Source: Clostridia bacterium
GTDB taxonomy: Bacteria; Bacillota; Clostridia; Oscillospirales; CAG-272
Length of the DNA: 49,386 nt
Direction: 5' to 3'
Assembly (NCBI GenBank): GCA_017623375.1
Contig: JAGAPH010000032.1
Coordinates: 1-49,386 of the forward strand
The notes under the pieces are model-generated. The model was given only the letters and a program-made list of their open reading frames with translations, searched no databases and was not told where the DNA came from. The position numbers and the translations under genes are program-made. Below are positions 18,155 to 28,032 of the stretch, one piece after another (within the stretch, counting starts at the first letter, position 1; each line of letters opens with the position of its first letter).

Positions 18155-19078
18155 ATGTCACACGTTCACGATATGGTGATCATCGGCGGAGGTCCTGCGG
18201 GATATACGGCGGCGCTCTACGCCGCGCGTGCGGGGCTTGATACAGTGCTTGTCGAAAAGCTATCCGCAGGCGGACAGATGGCTACAACCGACGTAATTGA
18301 CAATTATCCCGGCTTTGAGGAGGGAGTGGACGGCTTCACCCTCGGTATGAAGATGCAGGCATGCGCCGAACGCTTTGGAGCGAAAACCGAATATGCCGAG
18401 GTGACGTCTGTGGAGCTCTCGCAAAAGGTCAAAAGGGTAATTACCACCTCGGGAGAGCTTCTTGCCTATACTGTGGCGGTTGCCACGGGAGCTGATCCGA
18501 GGAGACTTGGGATTGATGGAGAGGACGCGTATGTGGGGCGTGGGCTTCACTATTGCGCGCACTGCGACGGCAGATTCTATAAAGACAAAACGGTCGCAGT
18601 GGTAGGCGGCGGAAACACGGCGGCATCGGACGCTTTGTATCTATCAAGGCTTGCCAAGAAGGTGTATGTCATACACAGAAGAGACACTCTCAGGGCGACC
18701 AAGATCTATCACGAGCCGCTTATGAAGTCGGAAAACGTTGAATTTGTATGGAATAGCACTGTGTCCGAGTATATCACCGACGGTCGCATAGTTGGAGCGC
18801 GGATAAAGAATTTAAAGGACGGCAGCGAGAGCGAGCTTTCTTTTGACGGACTGTTTGTAAGCATCGGCAGACGTCCCGTCACTGAGCTTTTCGCCCGTGA
18901 GCTTACCCTTGATGAGGTGGGATATATCATAGCGGACGAGACTACGAGAACCAATATTGACGGTGTTTATGCGGTCGGAGACGTTCGCACAAAGGCACTT
19001 CGTCAGGTGGTCACGGCAGTTGCCGACGGCGCTACCGCCGTACATTTTGCCGAGGAATATCTGACAAATAAAGCATAA
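18155..19078 (+). CDS. trxB: Thioredoxin-disulfide reductase
   Basis: GGGPAGYTAA, CAHCDG redox pair, GGGNTA and HRRD motifs. Confidence 0.95.
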   Translation: MSHVHDMVIIGGGPAGYTAALYAARAGLDTVLVEKLSAGGQMATTDVIDNYPGFEEGVDGFTLGMKMQACAERFGAKTEYAEVTSVELSQKVKRVITTSGELLAYTVAVATGADPRRLGIDGEDAYVGRGLHYCAHCDGRFYKDKTVAVVGGGNTAASDALYLSRLAKKVYVIHRRDTLRATKIYHEPLMKSENVEFVWNSTVSEYITDGRIVGARIKNLKDGSESELSFDGLFVSIGRRPVTELFARELTLDEVGYIIADETTRTNIDGVYAVGDVRTKALRQVVTAVADGATAVHFAEEYLTNKA

Positions 19079-19117
19079 GCAAAGAAAATAAATAATAAAT
19101 AAAAGGAGACAATAATT

Positions 19118-19630
19118 ATGATGAACCAGAAGGTACACGAATTACTCAACCAGCAGATAAACAAGGAATTCTATTCCGCTTATCTGTATCTCGATTTCTC
19201 AAACTACTTCAAGGCAAAGGGACTTGACGGCTTCGCAAATTGGTATATGATACAGGCTCAGGAGGAGCGCGATCACGCTATGCTCTTTTATCAGTATCTG
19301 CAGAATGAAAATCAGACCGTAACTCTTGATGCCATAGCAAAGCCCGATAAGGTATTTGAGTGCCATATGGACGTGCTGAAGGCAGGACTTGAGCACGAGG
19401 AGTACGTAACATCTCTTATCAACGATATCTACGCTGCCGCTTACGAGGTCAAAGATTTCCGCACCATGCAGTTCCTGGACTGGTTTGTAAAGGAGCAGGG
19501 CGAGGAGGAGACCAACGCTAATGACCTCATCACAAAGATGGAGTTGTTTGGAAGTGATCCCAAGAGCCTTTATATGCTCAATCAGGAGCTTTCGGCTCGT
19601 ATCTATTCCGCTCCCTCACTGGTACTGTGA
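19118..19630 (+). CDS. ftnA: Non-heme ferritin
   Basis: QINKEFYSAYLY, EERDHA and FLDWFVKEQGEEE motifs. Confidence 0.95.
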   Translation: MMNQKVHELLNQQINKEFYSAYLYLDFSNYFKAKGLDGFANWYMIQAQEERDHAMLFYQYLQNENQTVTLDAIAKPDKVFECHMDVLKAGLEHEEYVTSLINDIYAAAYEVKDFRTMQFLDWFVKEQGEEETNANDLITKMELFGSDPKSLYMLNQELSARIYSAPSLVL

Positions 19631-19684
19631 GCGCTTTTAAACATATTTTGCGATCAGCGTGATACGAAAACGTTTCGCTGATTT

Positions 19685-19720
19685 ACGCACAAGCTCATTT
19701 TTGTGGGCTTGTGCGTTTTT
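19685..19720 (+). terminator. Intrinsic terminator after ferritin
   Basis: ACGCACAAGCTCA/TGGGCTTGTGCGT followed by a T run. Confidence 0.8.
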
Positions 19721-19756
19721 GTTTGTAAAAAATGTTGTTTCAAGACGTAAATCTCA

Positions 19757-19785
19757 TTGACAAAATACATGCGGTAGTGTATAAT
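19757..19785 (+). promoter_or_regulatory. Sigma-A promoter of the dlt-like operon
   Basis: Perfect TTGACA-17 bp-TATAAT. Confidence 0.75.
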
Positions 19786-19846
19786 ATATTATGTATAGAT
19801 TTTTTGAAAAAAAGCTTGCGGCAAATGATTTTCGGAGGATTCCATT

Positions 19847-20860
19847 TTGTCATATAAACAGGATCTCAGGGCGTTTTATGAGGATAACGCCAAAAGAAAA
19901 AAAACAGTATTTTTTGCTATAAAGATAACGGTGGCGGTGCTTGCCGCCTGCCTTTTGCTGACTACGGTAATGTTTATCGTCGATCTGTCAAGCGACGGGT
20001 CGTCGGGCGCGGGTAATGACGGAAGCGCAGGAGGCGGTAAGGACAGGACTGCCCCTGTAATAACCGTCAACGAAGGCGCTGATGCCATCTATGTGCTCGT
20101 GGGTGAGACGGTGTCATGGAGAAATGCCGTGAGCGTCAGTGATAATAGCGGCACGGGTAAGATAACGGCAGTGGACAATTCGGGGGTCGATCTTGATAAG
20201 GCGGGAACGTACTATGTTACCTATACCGCATCCGACAGCGCGGGGAACACCTCAACGCTGACAGTCAAGGTCGTGGTCACTAAGGCGCAGTATTCCTACG
20301 CTACGCTTATGAGTCTTGTGGAAAAGAAGGCGGATACGCTGGGTATAACCAAGAGCATGACTAAGACCGAGCAGATACTTGCCGTTTATAAATACGTAAA
20401 TTCCCCCGATAAGTCGGCAAGCACGGCGAACATAAAGTTTGTTGACGAGTCCAATATCCCCGCCATTGACAGGGCAAATTGGCAGAACGATTGGATAGAG
20501 GAGGCGATACGCACCCTCAATAGCGGAGAGGGGGATTGCTATTCCTATTATTCCGTATCCAAGGCGTTCTTTGAGTATCTCGGCATAGAGAATAAGGGAA
20601 TAAGACGGAACGACTCTCAATCGGAGATGTCGGGAACGCATTTCTGGTCGATGGTCAATATCGGAACTTCGGACAAGCCCATGTGGTATTTCTACGACGG
20701 AACAAGGCTTGCGGGCGCATTCCCCGACGGCACTAACAACGGCTGCCTGAGAACGCTTGCGGAGCTTCAGGCTTACGTTCCAAGCAACGGTCAGAGCGGA
20801 TTTTACGCCTTTGACGGCACGGGATATCCAAAGACGGCGACCGACAAAATTTCAAGATAA
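19847..20860 (+). CDS. Membrane-anchored Ig-like domain plus transglutaminase-like protein
   Basis: N-terminal TM helix, DRTAPVIT...YTASDSAGN Ig-like repeat, and Cys-His-Asp triad pattern GDCY / HFWSMV / WYFYD. Confidence 0.72.
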   Translation: MSYKQDLRAFYEDNAKRKKTVFFAIKITVAVLAACLLLTTVMFIVDLSSDGSSGAGNDGSAGGGKDRTAPVITVNEGADAIYVLVGETVSWRNAVSVSDNSGTGKITAVDNSGVDLDKAGTYYVTYTASDSAGNTSTLTVKVVVTKAQYSYATLMSLVEKKADTLGITKSMTKTEQILAVYKYVNSPDKSASTANIKFVDESNIPAIDRANWQNDWIEEAIRTLNSGEGDCYSYYSVSKAFFEYLGIENKGIRRNDSQSEMSGTHFWSMVNIGTSDKPMWYFYDGTRLAGAFPDGTNNGCLRTLAELQAYVPSNGQSGFYAFDGTGYPKTATDKISR

Positions 20861-20874
20861 GATAAGGTACAGCG

Positions 20875-22386
20875 ATGCAGAAGAATATTCTTGAATATCT
20901 GGAAAAAACGGCGGAGAGACTGCCCGAAAAAATAGCGTTTTCAACGGGTAAGGAGAGCATGAGCTTCTCGGAGGTGCAGGGGCAGGCAAGGTCTGTGGGC
21001 ACGCGACTTGCGGCATCAGGGCTTTCGGGCGAGAGCGTGGTCATTTTCATGGACAAGCACCCACGCACCGTTACCGCCTTTTGGGGTGTTATCTACGCAG
21101 GCTGCTTTTACGTCTGCCTTGACGAGAAGATGCCTCGCGCGAGAATAGATTCCATACTTGAAAATCTCAGACCGAGAGCGGTGATAGCCGACAAAAAGAA
21201 TTTTGCTACTGCTTCGTCCCTCGGACTTGAGCATACATTTCTTTACGATGATATATGCGGTACTGAATGTGACCGTGCGGCGCTTGCGGACATTCGCCGC
21301 CGTCAGTGCGATACCGACCCTATATACGTGGTATTTACCTCGGGCTCTACGGGAGTTCCAAAGGGAGTTGTGGCGTGCCACCGCTCGGTAATAGATTATA
21401 CCGAGTCACTGACACAAGCCCTCGGCTTTGACGAAAATACGGTGTTCGCAAATCAAACGCCCCTTTATTTCGACGCGCCGCTGAAGGAGCTTATGCCCAC
21501 GCTCAAGCTTGGGGCGACTACATATTTTGTGCCCCGTATGTTGTTTTCTTTTCCCGTAAGGCTTGTGGAATATCTTGATACGTACAAGATAAATACCGTC
21601 TGTTGGGTGGTGTCCGCTCTCGTGCAGATATCCTCCCTTGGAGCACTTGAGGCGCATACGCCCAAATACCTTACCAAGGTAGCCTTCGGAAGTGAAGTAT
21701 TCCCGCGCAAGCAGTATGATCTGTGGCGCGCCGCTTTGCCCAACGCCGAGTTTTATAACCTTTACGGACCTACTGAGGCAACGGGCATGTCCTGCTATTG
21801 GAAAGCCGACAGAGAGCTTTCCGAGGACGAGCCAATACCCGTTGGCACACCCTTTGACAATACGGATATAATTCTTCTTGACTCGGACAACAAAAGGGCG
21901 GAGCTTGGCGCGGAAGGGGAGATATGTATCCGAGGCACCTGCGTTACCATGGGATATTATAATAACCCCGAGCGCACAGACGAGGCGTTCGTGCAGAACC
22001 CTCTCGTCAGCGCCTACAGAGAGCTTATCTACCGCACGGGAGATATAGGAAGATATAACGCGCACGGCGAGCTTGTGTTCGTCTGCAGTAAGGATAACCA
22101 GATAAAGCACATGGGACATCGCATTGAGCTTGGCGAGATAGAAAGTGCCGCCGAGAGGGGCGAGGGAGTCGGACGGGCGGTGTGTGTTTATAACGCCGAC
22201 TCGAAGGAGATAGTGCTGTTCTACGTGGGAGAGACAGAGGACAAGCAGCTTCTTGGCGCTCTGACCTGCGCTCTGCCTCGCTATATGCTTCCCGCGCGTC
22301 TTGTAAAAATGACGGCACTGCCGCTTACGGATAACGGAAAGATAAACCGTACCTATCTTAAGTCTCTTGCGGCGAATGAGAATTGA
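20875..22386 (+). CDS. Amino acid adenylation enzyme (DltA-like carrier-protein ligase)
   Basis: FTSGSTGVPKG, NLYGPTE, YRTGD, HRIELGEIE and NGKINR motifs. Confidence 0.9.
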   Translation: MQKNILEYLEKTAERLPEKIAFSTGKESMSFSEVQGQARSVGTRLAASGLSGESVVIFMDKHPRTVTAFWGVIYAGCFYVCLDEKMPRARIDSILENLRPRAVIADKKNFATASSLGLEHTFLYDDICGTECDRAALADIRRRQCDTDPIYVVFTSGSTGVPKGVVACHRSVIDYTESLTQALGFDENTVFANQTPLYFDAPLKELMPTLKLGATTYFVPRMLFSFPVRLVEYLDTYKINTVCWVVSALVQISSLGALEAHTPKYLTKVAFGSEVFPRKQYDLWRAALPNAEFYNLYGPTEATGMSCYWKADRELSEDEPIPVGTPFDNTDIILLDSDNKRAELGAEGEICIRGTCVTMGYYNNPERTDEAFVQNPLVSAYRELIYRTGDIGRYNAHGELVFVCSKDNQIKHMGHRIELGEIESAAERGEGVGRAVCVYNADSKEIVLFYVGETEDKQLLGALTCALPRYMLPARLVKMTALPLTDNGKINRTYLKSLAANEN

Positions 22387-22427
22387 AATTCAGTATCCTG
22401 AAACACTAATCGAAAGGAATCATATAA

Positions 22428-22655
22428 ATGGAAAAGCTTATTGAAATGTTGACGGAGCTTCACCCCGACGTGGATTTTGCCACGGCAGAGGATCTTATAG
22501 ACGACGGAGTACTTGACTCCCTTGATATCGTTTCACTTGTGTCGCAGATCGACTCCGAGTTCGGTGTCACTATACCCGCCGAGGAGATAATCCCCGAAAA
22601 CTTCAACTCAGCCGAGGCGCTTTTCGCTCTTATCACAAGGCTTGACGAGGAATAA
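22428..22655 (+). CDS. Acyl/aminoacyl carrier protein (DltC-like)
   Basis: 75-aa acidic protein with LDSL phosphopantetheine site and PENFNS. Confidence 0.9.
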   Translation: MEKLIEMLTELHPDVDFATAEDLIDDGVLDSLDIVSLVSQIDSEFGVTIPAEEIIPENFNSAEALFALITRLDEE

Positions 22656-22662
22656 TTGACCG

Positions 22663-24258
22663 ATGCTGTTTGCTTCGTATGGCTTTATAGCCTTTATTGC
22701 CGTAATGCTTGCGGCGTATTATCTCACCCCCGCACGGTGGCAATGGATAACGCTTCTTGTGGGAAGCTACGTGTTTTACGCCTTTGCGGGACTTGAATGC
22801 TTTGTATTCATACTGTTCACTACGGTGTCGGCATATATTATCTCCCGACTTATTGAGAGAGAGATAAAAAAAGAGAACGACTACGTGGCGGCAAACAGGG
22901 ATACCATCTCCAAGGAGGAGCGCAAGGCTTACAGAGCGAGGGCTAAGAAAAAGCGCTTTCACATACTTTTGTGGGGGCTTTTCTTAAACTTCGGTGTTCT
23001 TGCCGTTCTGAAATACTCGGCTTTTGCCGTCTCCAATGTAAATTCGATTATAGCTCTTTTCGGCGCGAAGACCCTGTCACTGCCTTCGCTTATCGTGCCT
23101 ATGGGAATATCCTTCTATACCTTCCAGACAATGGGATACCTCATAGACGTTTACCGAGCGAAGGTGACCCCTGAGAGAAATCCCGCAAAGCTTGCGCTTT
23201 TCGTGTCATTTTTCCCTCAGCTTGTCCAAGGACCTATCTCCCGATTTTCAGAGCTTGGAGCGCAGCTTACCGCACCCCACCGCTTTAACGCAAAAACTGT
23301 GTCCTTCGGACTTCAGAGAGTGCTTTGGGGATATTTTAAAAAGCTTGTCATCGCTGACAGAGTGGTGATAGCCATAAAGACTATGCTTGACTCCCCCGAG
23401 GAGTACAGAGGCGCTTACGTGCTTCTGCTCATATTGCTCTATTCCATTCAGATATACGCTGACTTTACGGGCGGCATCGACATAACCGTAGGTGTTGCCG
23501 AGGCAATGGGAATAAAGCTCGCTGAGAACTTTGACCGTCCCTTTTCCTCCAAGTCCACAAAGGAATATTGGAGGCGCTGGCATATCACCATGGGAAGCTG
23601 GTTCCGCGATTACATATTCATGCCCATATCGGTGACAAGACCCATGATGAAGCTGAATAAGGCAATGGCGGGGAAATTCGGACGGGTGGCGGCAAGCAAG
23701 ACAGTGGCATATATAGCAACAACGGTCACTTGGTTCGTCACGGGACTTTGGCACGGAGCAGCTTGGAATTTTATCGTGTGGGGACTGCTCAACTGCTTGG
23801 TTATTATGATATCCGAGGCGCTTGAGCCGACCTATAAAAAATTCCACCAAAGATTTCCGAGGCTTACCGAGTCAAAGGCTTATTCAAAGTTTATGTCCGT
23901 AAGGACATTTATGCTGATGGGAGTTATACGCTCGCTTGATTGCTACGGCAACGTGGGACTGACCTTCGCCCTTTGGGGAAGCATGTTTACTCTTGGGGGA
24001 CTTGGAGAGCTGCTTTCGGGCGGTATATTTGAGCTTGGACTTGCAGCAAAGGATTTTATCATCGTTCTTGTAGCGGTGCTTGTGGTCTATGCCGTCAGCG
24101 TCGCTTCGGTTAAGGGAAGCGTAAGGGAGCGGCTTTACGGACGCCCCGTGCTTTCGGCGTGCCTGTTTGGCGCTTTGCTTATAGCGGTGATAATGTTCGG
24201 CGCTTACGGTGTCGGGTATGACGCGTCGCAGTTTATCTACGGCGACAGATTCAGATGA
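22663..24258 (+). CDS. MBOAT O-acyltransferase (DltB/AlgI-like)
   Basis: PMGISFYTFQ, FFPQLVQGPI, WRRWHIT and GLWHG motifs. Confidence 0.93.
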   Translation: MLFASYGFIAFIAVMLAAYYLTPARWQWITLLVGSYVFYAFAGLECFVFILFTTVSAYIISRLIEREIKKENDYVAANRDTISKEERKAYRARAKKKRFHILLWGLFLNFGVLAVLKYSAFAVSNVNSIIALFGAKTLSLPSLIVPMGISFYTFQTMGYLIDVYRAKVTPERNPAKLALFVSFFPQLVQGPISRFSELGAQLTAPHRFNAKTVSFGLQRVLWGYFKKLVIADRVVIAIKTMLDSPEEYRGAYVLLLILLYSIQIYADFTGGIDITVGVAEAMGIKLAENFDRPFSSKSTKEYWRRWHITMGSWFRDYIFMPISVTRPMMKLNKAMAGKFGRVAASKTVAYIATTVTWFVTGLWHGAAWNFIVWGLLNCLVIMISEALEPTYKKFHQRFPRLTESKAYSKFMSVRTFMLMGVIRSLDCYGNVGLTFALWGSMFTLGGLGELLSGGIFELGLAAKDFIIVLVAVLVVYAVSVASVKGSVRERLYGRPVLSACLFGALLIAVIMFGAYGVGYDASQFIYGDRFR

Positions 24259-24274
24259 TAGATAAAGGTAACAG

Positions 24275-25294
24275 ATGAAAAAGAGAGTTATTATAACGGT
24301 TTGCGCCTCTCTTGCGGTGGTGCTTATCCTCGCTTTCCTGCAGTCTCTCGTCGTGCCCAAGTACGCCGACAACAGAGAGGGACTGCTGGTGGGAGAATAT
24401 TACGCCGAGGCGGGTGGACATGACGTTATTTTCGTGGGAGACTGTGAGGTGTACGAGAGCTTCGTGCCTGCGGTACTATGGGAGAAATACGGTATATCCT
24501 CGTATATAAGAGGAAGCTCCCAGCAGCTTGTGTGGCAGTCGTATTATCTGCTTGAGGAGACCTTCGAGTATGAGTCCCCCTCGGTGGTGGTGTTCAACGT
24601 GCTGGCGCTGAAATACGGAGAGCCTCAGAGAGAGGCTTACAACAGAATGACGCTTGACGGCATGAGGTGGTCATCCTCAAAGATAGGCGCCATAAGGGCT
24701 TCAATGACCGAGGAGGAAAGCCTTGTGGACTACGTTTTTCCTTTATTGCGCTTTCATTCAAGGATAACCGAGCTTTCGGTGGACGACTTTGCGTATCTCT
24801 TTGACAGACCAAAGGTGTCCCATAGCGGATATCTTATGCAAAAGGGAATAGATCCTATGGACGGCGATGCAACGGAGGAGGGCAGAGAGCTGCTTGACTA
24901 TACGCTTCCCGAGACGTCCATGGAGTATCTTGAAAAAATGAGAGCACTCTGCGCGGAAAACGGAGCGGAGCTGGTGCTCATCAAAGCACCAACCAATTCA
25001 TGGAGATATTGGTGGTACGACGAATGGGACGCTCAGGTGGTCAAATACGCCGAGGAAAAAGGACTTGCTTACTACAATTTCATAGACGAAACCGAGGAGA
25101 TAGGCATAGATTATACCACGGACACCTATGACAAGGGAGTACATCTTAACGTTTACGGCGCGGAGAAGATGACCGAATATTTCGGACGGATACTTGAGGA
25201 AAAGCACGGGCTTGCCGACGTGTCCCATACCGAGGCACAGGCGGCTGAGTGGCGGACACGCGTTGACGAATATTACAAGGAAAGAAACAGATAA
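24275..25294 (+). CDS. Extracytoplasmic SGNH-like acyltransferase (DltD/AlgJ-like)
   Basis: N-terminal anchor, VIFVGDCE block-I-like motif and D..HLN..GA block-V-like motif; follows the MBOAT gene. Confidence 0.7.
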   Translation: MKKRVIITVCASLAVVLILAFLQSLVVPKYADNREGLLVGEYYAEAGGHDVIFVGDCEVYESFVPAVLWEKYGISSYIRGSSQQLVWQSYYLLEETFEYESPSVVVFNVLALKYGEPQREAYNRMTLDGMRWSSSKIGAIRASMTEEESLVDYVFPLLRFHSRITELSVDDFAYLFDRPKVSHSGYLMQKGIDPMDGDATEEGRELLDYTLPETSMEYLEKMRALCAENGAELVLIKAPTNSWRYWWYDEWDAQVVKYAEEKGLAYYNFIDETEEIGIDYTTDTYDKGVHLNVYGAEKMTEYFGRILEEKHGLADVSHTEAQAAEWRTRVDEYYKERNR

Positions 25295-25305
25295 GGAGAA
25301 AATAC

Positions 25306-25821
25306 ATGAAAAAATATATCAGGTATATTTGCTTGGCTCTCGCGCTTATGTGCGCGTTCTTTGCGGTTGCGTGTAACGATGATACCGAGGGAGAGTCAGG
25401 CGTTGGCGGAGCGGACGATAAGGGTGTAAAGGTATATGTAAAATATAACGGCGTTACGGTAAAAATGGGCGAGAAGGCTGACGACGTGATCAAGGCGCTT
25501 GGCGAGCCTCAGAAAAAGACTGAGATCGGCGACTGCGGAGGGCTTGGCGCTCTGGTCAAGTATTCCTATGCGTCCCTTGAGATATACGTTGTGGAGAGCA
25601 AGGACAACGGAAACGTCATAGATCAGATAACGCTGAGAGACGATATCGTTACCACACCCGAGGGCGTGGCTATCGGAATGAGCGTTTCGGACGCCAAGTC
25701 GGCGCTTGGCGAGCCTGATAACGCTACGGACAAGGCGCTTGAGTACAAGAACGGCAAGTACGTTCTCAAGATAGGCTTTGACGGCGATACAGTGAACGAG
25801 ATAAACTATATTACGCAGTAA
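25306..25821 (+). CDS. Putative lipoprotein
   Basis: Signal peptide ending AVAC lipobox; two repeated ALGEP segments. Confidence 0.7.
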   Translation: MKKYIRYICLALALMCAFFAVACNDDTEGESGVGGADDKGVKVYVKYNGVTVKMGEKADDVIKALGEPQKKTEIGDCGGLGALVKYSYASLEIYVVESKDNGNVIDQITLRDDIVTTPEGVAIGMSVSDAKSALGEPDNATDKALEYKNGKYVLKIGFDGDTVNEINYITQ

Positions 25822-25832
25822 AGCACATCAAC

Positions 25833-25870
25833 CAAAAAGAACTGAGTTACTAAAAACTCAGTTCTTTTTG
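25833..25870. terminator. Bidirectional terminator
   Basis: CAAAAAGAACTGAGTT/AACTCAGTTCTTTTTG between convergent genes. Confidence 0.85.
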
Positions 25871-25887
25871 TTATATATAAATTCGGA

Positions 25888-27723
25888 TTATTTTCCTGCC
25901 TCGCGGCGTGCCTTCATCATAGCCTTCATACGAAGCTCGGTGTTGAGTATCTTCTTGCGAAGTCTTATGGACTTGGGCGTTACCTCAATAAGCTCGTCGT
26001 CGGTAATAAATTCTATCGCTTCTTCAAGAGAGAAGATAATGGGAGGTGTGAGCAAAAGCTTTTCGTCAGCACCCGCGGAGCGGATAGCCGTCAGCTGCTT
26101 TTTCTTGCAGGGGTTGACCGCGATATCGTCATTCTTGGGGTTTTCACCGACTATCATTCCCTCGTAAACGGGAGTCTGAGGTCCAACGAAGAGATTTCCT
26201 CTCTCCTGAGTGTTGAACAGACCGTATCTCGTGGTCTCGCCCGTCTCGGACGCTACGAGGGAGCCTGTAAATCTCATTGTTACCTCTCCGCGGTAGGGCT
26301 GATATCCGTCGAATATGGTGTTCATTATACCTTCGCCGTGGGTAGCCGTCAGAAATTCCGAGCGGTAACCGAACAGACATCTTGAGGGGATAAGGTATTC
26401 TATTCTCATGCGGCTGCCAAGGGGATTCATTTCAAGGAGATCTCCCTTACGCTGACCAAGCTTTTCAACGACCGCGCCAACGTAATCCTGAGGGACGTCA
26501 AGGGTAACTCTTTCCATAGGCTCGCACTTAACACCGTCTATCTCCTTAAAGAGAACACGGGGATTGGAGCAGGTCATTTCGTATCCCTCACGGCGCATGG
26601 TCTCGATAAGGATAGAAAGGTGCATCTCTCCGCGTCCTGCTACCTTGAATTCGTCCGTTGTCTCGCCGTCCTCAACTCTGAGGGAAACGTCCTTGAGAAG
26701 CTCCTTGTAAAGTCTGTCACGGAGCTGTCTTGAGGTAACGAACTTGCCCTCTTTACCCGCAAAGGGGCTGTCGTTTACCGAGAAGGTCATTTCAAGCGTA
26801 GGCTCGCTTACCTTAACGAACTCCAAGGGCTCGGGAGCGGTAAGGCTGGTTATGGTATCACCAATGGTAATGTTCTCAGCGCCCGAGAAGCAAACTATAT
26901 CTCCCATAGTAGCTTCCGTAACGGGGACACGGACAAGACCGTCTATCTGATATAGAGAAACTATCTTTGTTCTCTTGGGAGCTTCTCCCGTGTGGTAGTT
27001 GCAGATGTATGCGTCCTGATTCTGACGAATGCTTCCGCGCTCTATTCTTCCGATACCTATTCTTCCAACGTACTCGTTGTAGTCGATGGAGGAAACGAGA
27101 AGCTGAAGCCCGCCCTTTTCGTCTCCCTCGGGAGCGGGAATGTAGTTGAGTATCTTCTCAAAGAGGGGAACGAGATCGGTGCCCGCTACGTCGGGATCCT
27201 CGGTAGCAGTGCCTGCCCTACCCGAACAGTAGAGAATGGGGCTATCAATCTGCTCGTCGGTGGCATTTAGATCGAAAAGAAGCTCAAGTATCTCGTCCTC
27301 GACCTCACCGAGTCTTGCGTCGGGCTTGTCTATTTTGTTGATAACGATAATAACTCTGTGGTTAAGCTCCAGCGCTCTCTGAAGCACGAAGCGTGTCTGG
27401 GGCATAGGCCCCTCGGCAGCGTCAACGAGAAGAATAACGCCGTTAACCATTTTGAGTATTCTCTCCACCTCTCCGCCGAAGTCAGTGTGACCGGGGGTGT
27501 CGATGATGTTGATCTTAACGTCCTTGTAATGGACGGCGGTGTTCTTTGCGAGGATAGTGATGCCTCTTTCCTTCTCAAGGTCTCCCGAGTCCATAACGCG
27601 GGTAACGGTCTCCTGATTTTCGCGATAGATGCCGCCCTGCTTGAGCATTTCGTCAACGAGTGTGGTCTTGCCGTGGTCAACGTGCGCGATTATCGCGATG
27701 TTTCTCAAATCTGTTCTGATCAC
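25888..27723 (-). CDS. typA: Translational GTPase TypA/BipA
   Basis: AHVDHGKTT, ERGITI, DTPGH, GRGEMHL and EVTPKSIRLRK motifs. Confidence 0.98.
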   Translation of the reverse strand: MIRTDLRNIAIIAHVDHGKTTLVDEMLKQGGIYRENQETVTRVMDSGDLEKERGITILAKNTAVHYKDVKINIIDTPGHTDFGGEVERILKMVNGVILLVDAAEGPMPQTRFVLQRALELNHRVIIVINKIDKPDARLGEVEDEILELLFDLNATDEQIDSPILYCSGRAGTATEDPDVAGTDLVPLFEKILNYIPAPEGDEKGGLQLLVSSIDYNEYVGRIGIGRIERGSIRQNQDAYICNYHTGEAPKRTKIVSLYQIDGLVRVPVTEATMGDIVCFSGAENITIGDTITSLTAPEPLEFVKVSEPTLEMTFSVNDSPFAGKEGKFVTSRQLRDRLYKELLKDVSLRVEDGETTDEFKVAGRGEMHLSILIETMRREGYEMTCSNPRVLFKEIDGVKCEPMERVTLDVPQDYVGAVVEKLGQRKGDLLEMNPLGSRMRIEYLIPSRCLFGYRSEFLTATHGEGIMNTIFDGYQPYRGEVTMRFTGSLVASETGETTRYGLFNTQERGNLFVGPQTPVYEGMIVGENPKNDDIAVNPCKKKQLTAIRSAGADEKLLLTPPIIFSLEEAIEFITDDELIEVTPKSIRLRKKILNTELRMKAMMKARREAGK

Positions 27724-27910
27724 TGCCTGTTTCTCCTTATTATCATTAGAATATATCTTTCCAACTAATTATTATACCACATTTTTTTCAAATATTAAAT
27801 ACATCAAATGACGATTTTTCACGAATTTCAAAAAAACTTGTTGTGCAAAATCACATAAATCGCTTTAACGCTCAAATTTTGGAGCCTTGCGCTTTCCTAA
27901 AAAATCAAGC

Positions 27911-27946
27911 ACGGTCATTGACATATCGGTACGTGTGTGATATAAT
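27911..27946 (+). promoter_or_regulatory. Sigma-A promoter, first copy of a duplicated promoter
   Basis: TTGACA-17 bp-TATAAT; shares GTCATTGACATATCG with 28821-28856. Confidence 0.75.
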
Positions 27947-28032
27947 GAATAAGTAATTTGTATATTTAAGCTAAATAATGGAAAATCTGCACGATATTTA
28001 AACTATATTACATAAAAAAATGGAAGGTATTT

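Noticed and set aside
20875-22655. NRPS secondary-metabolite cluster
   Set aside because: There is no condensation or thioesterase domain; the MBOAT and SGNH partners fit envelope acylation. Gene symbols dltA-D were withheld because the substrate is unproven.
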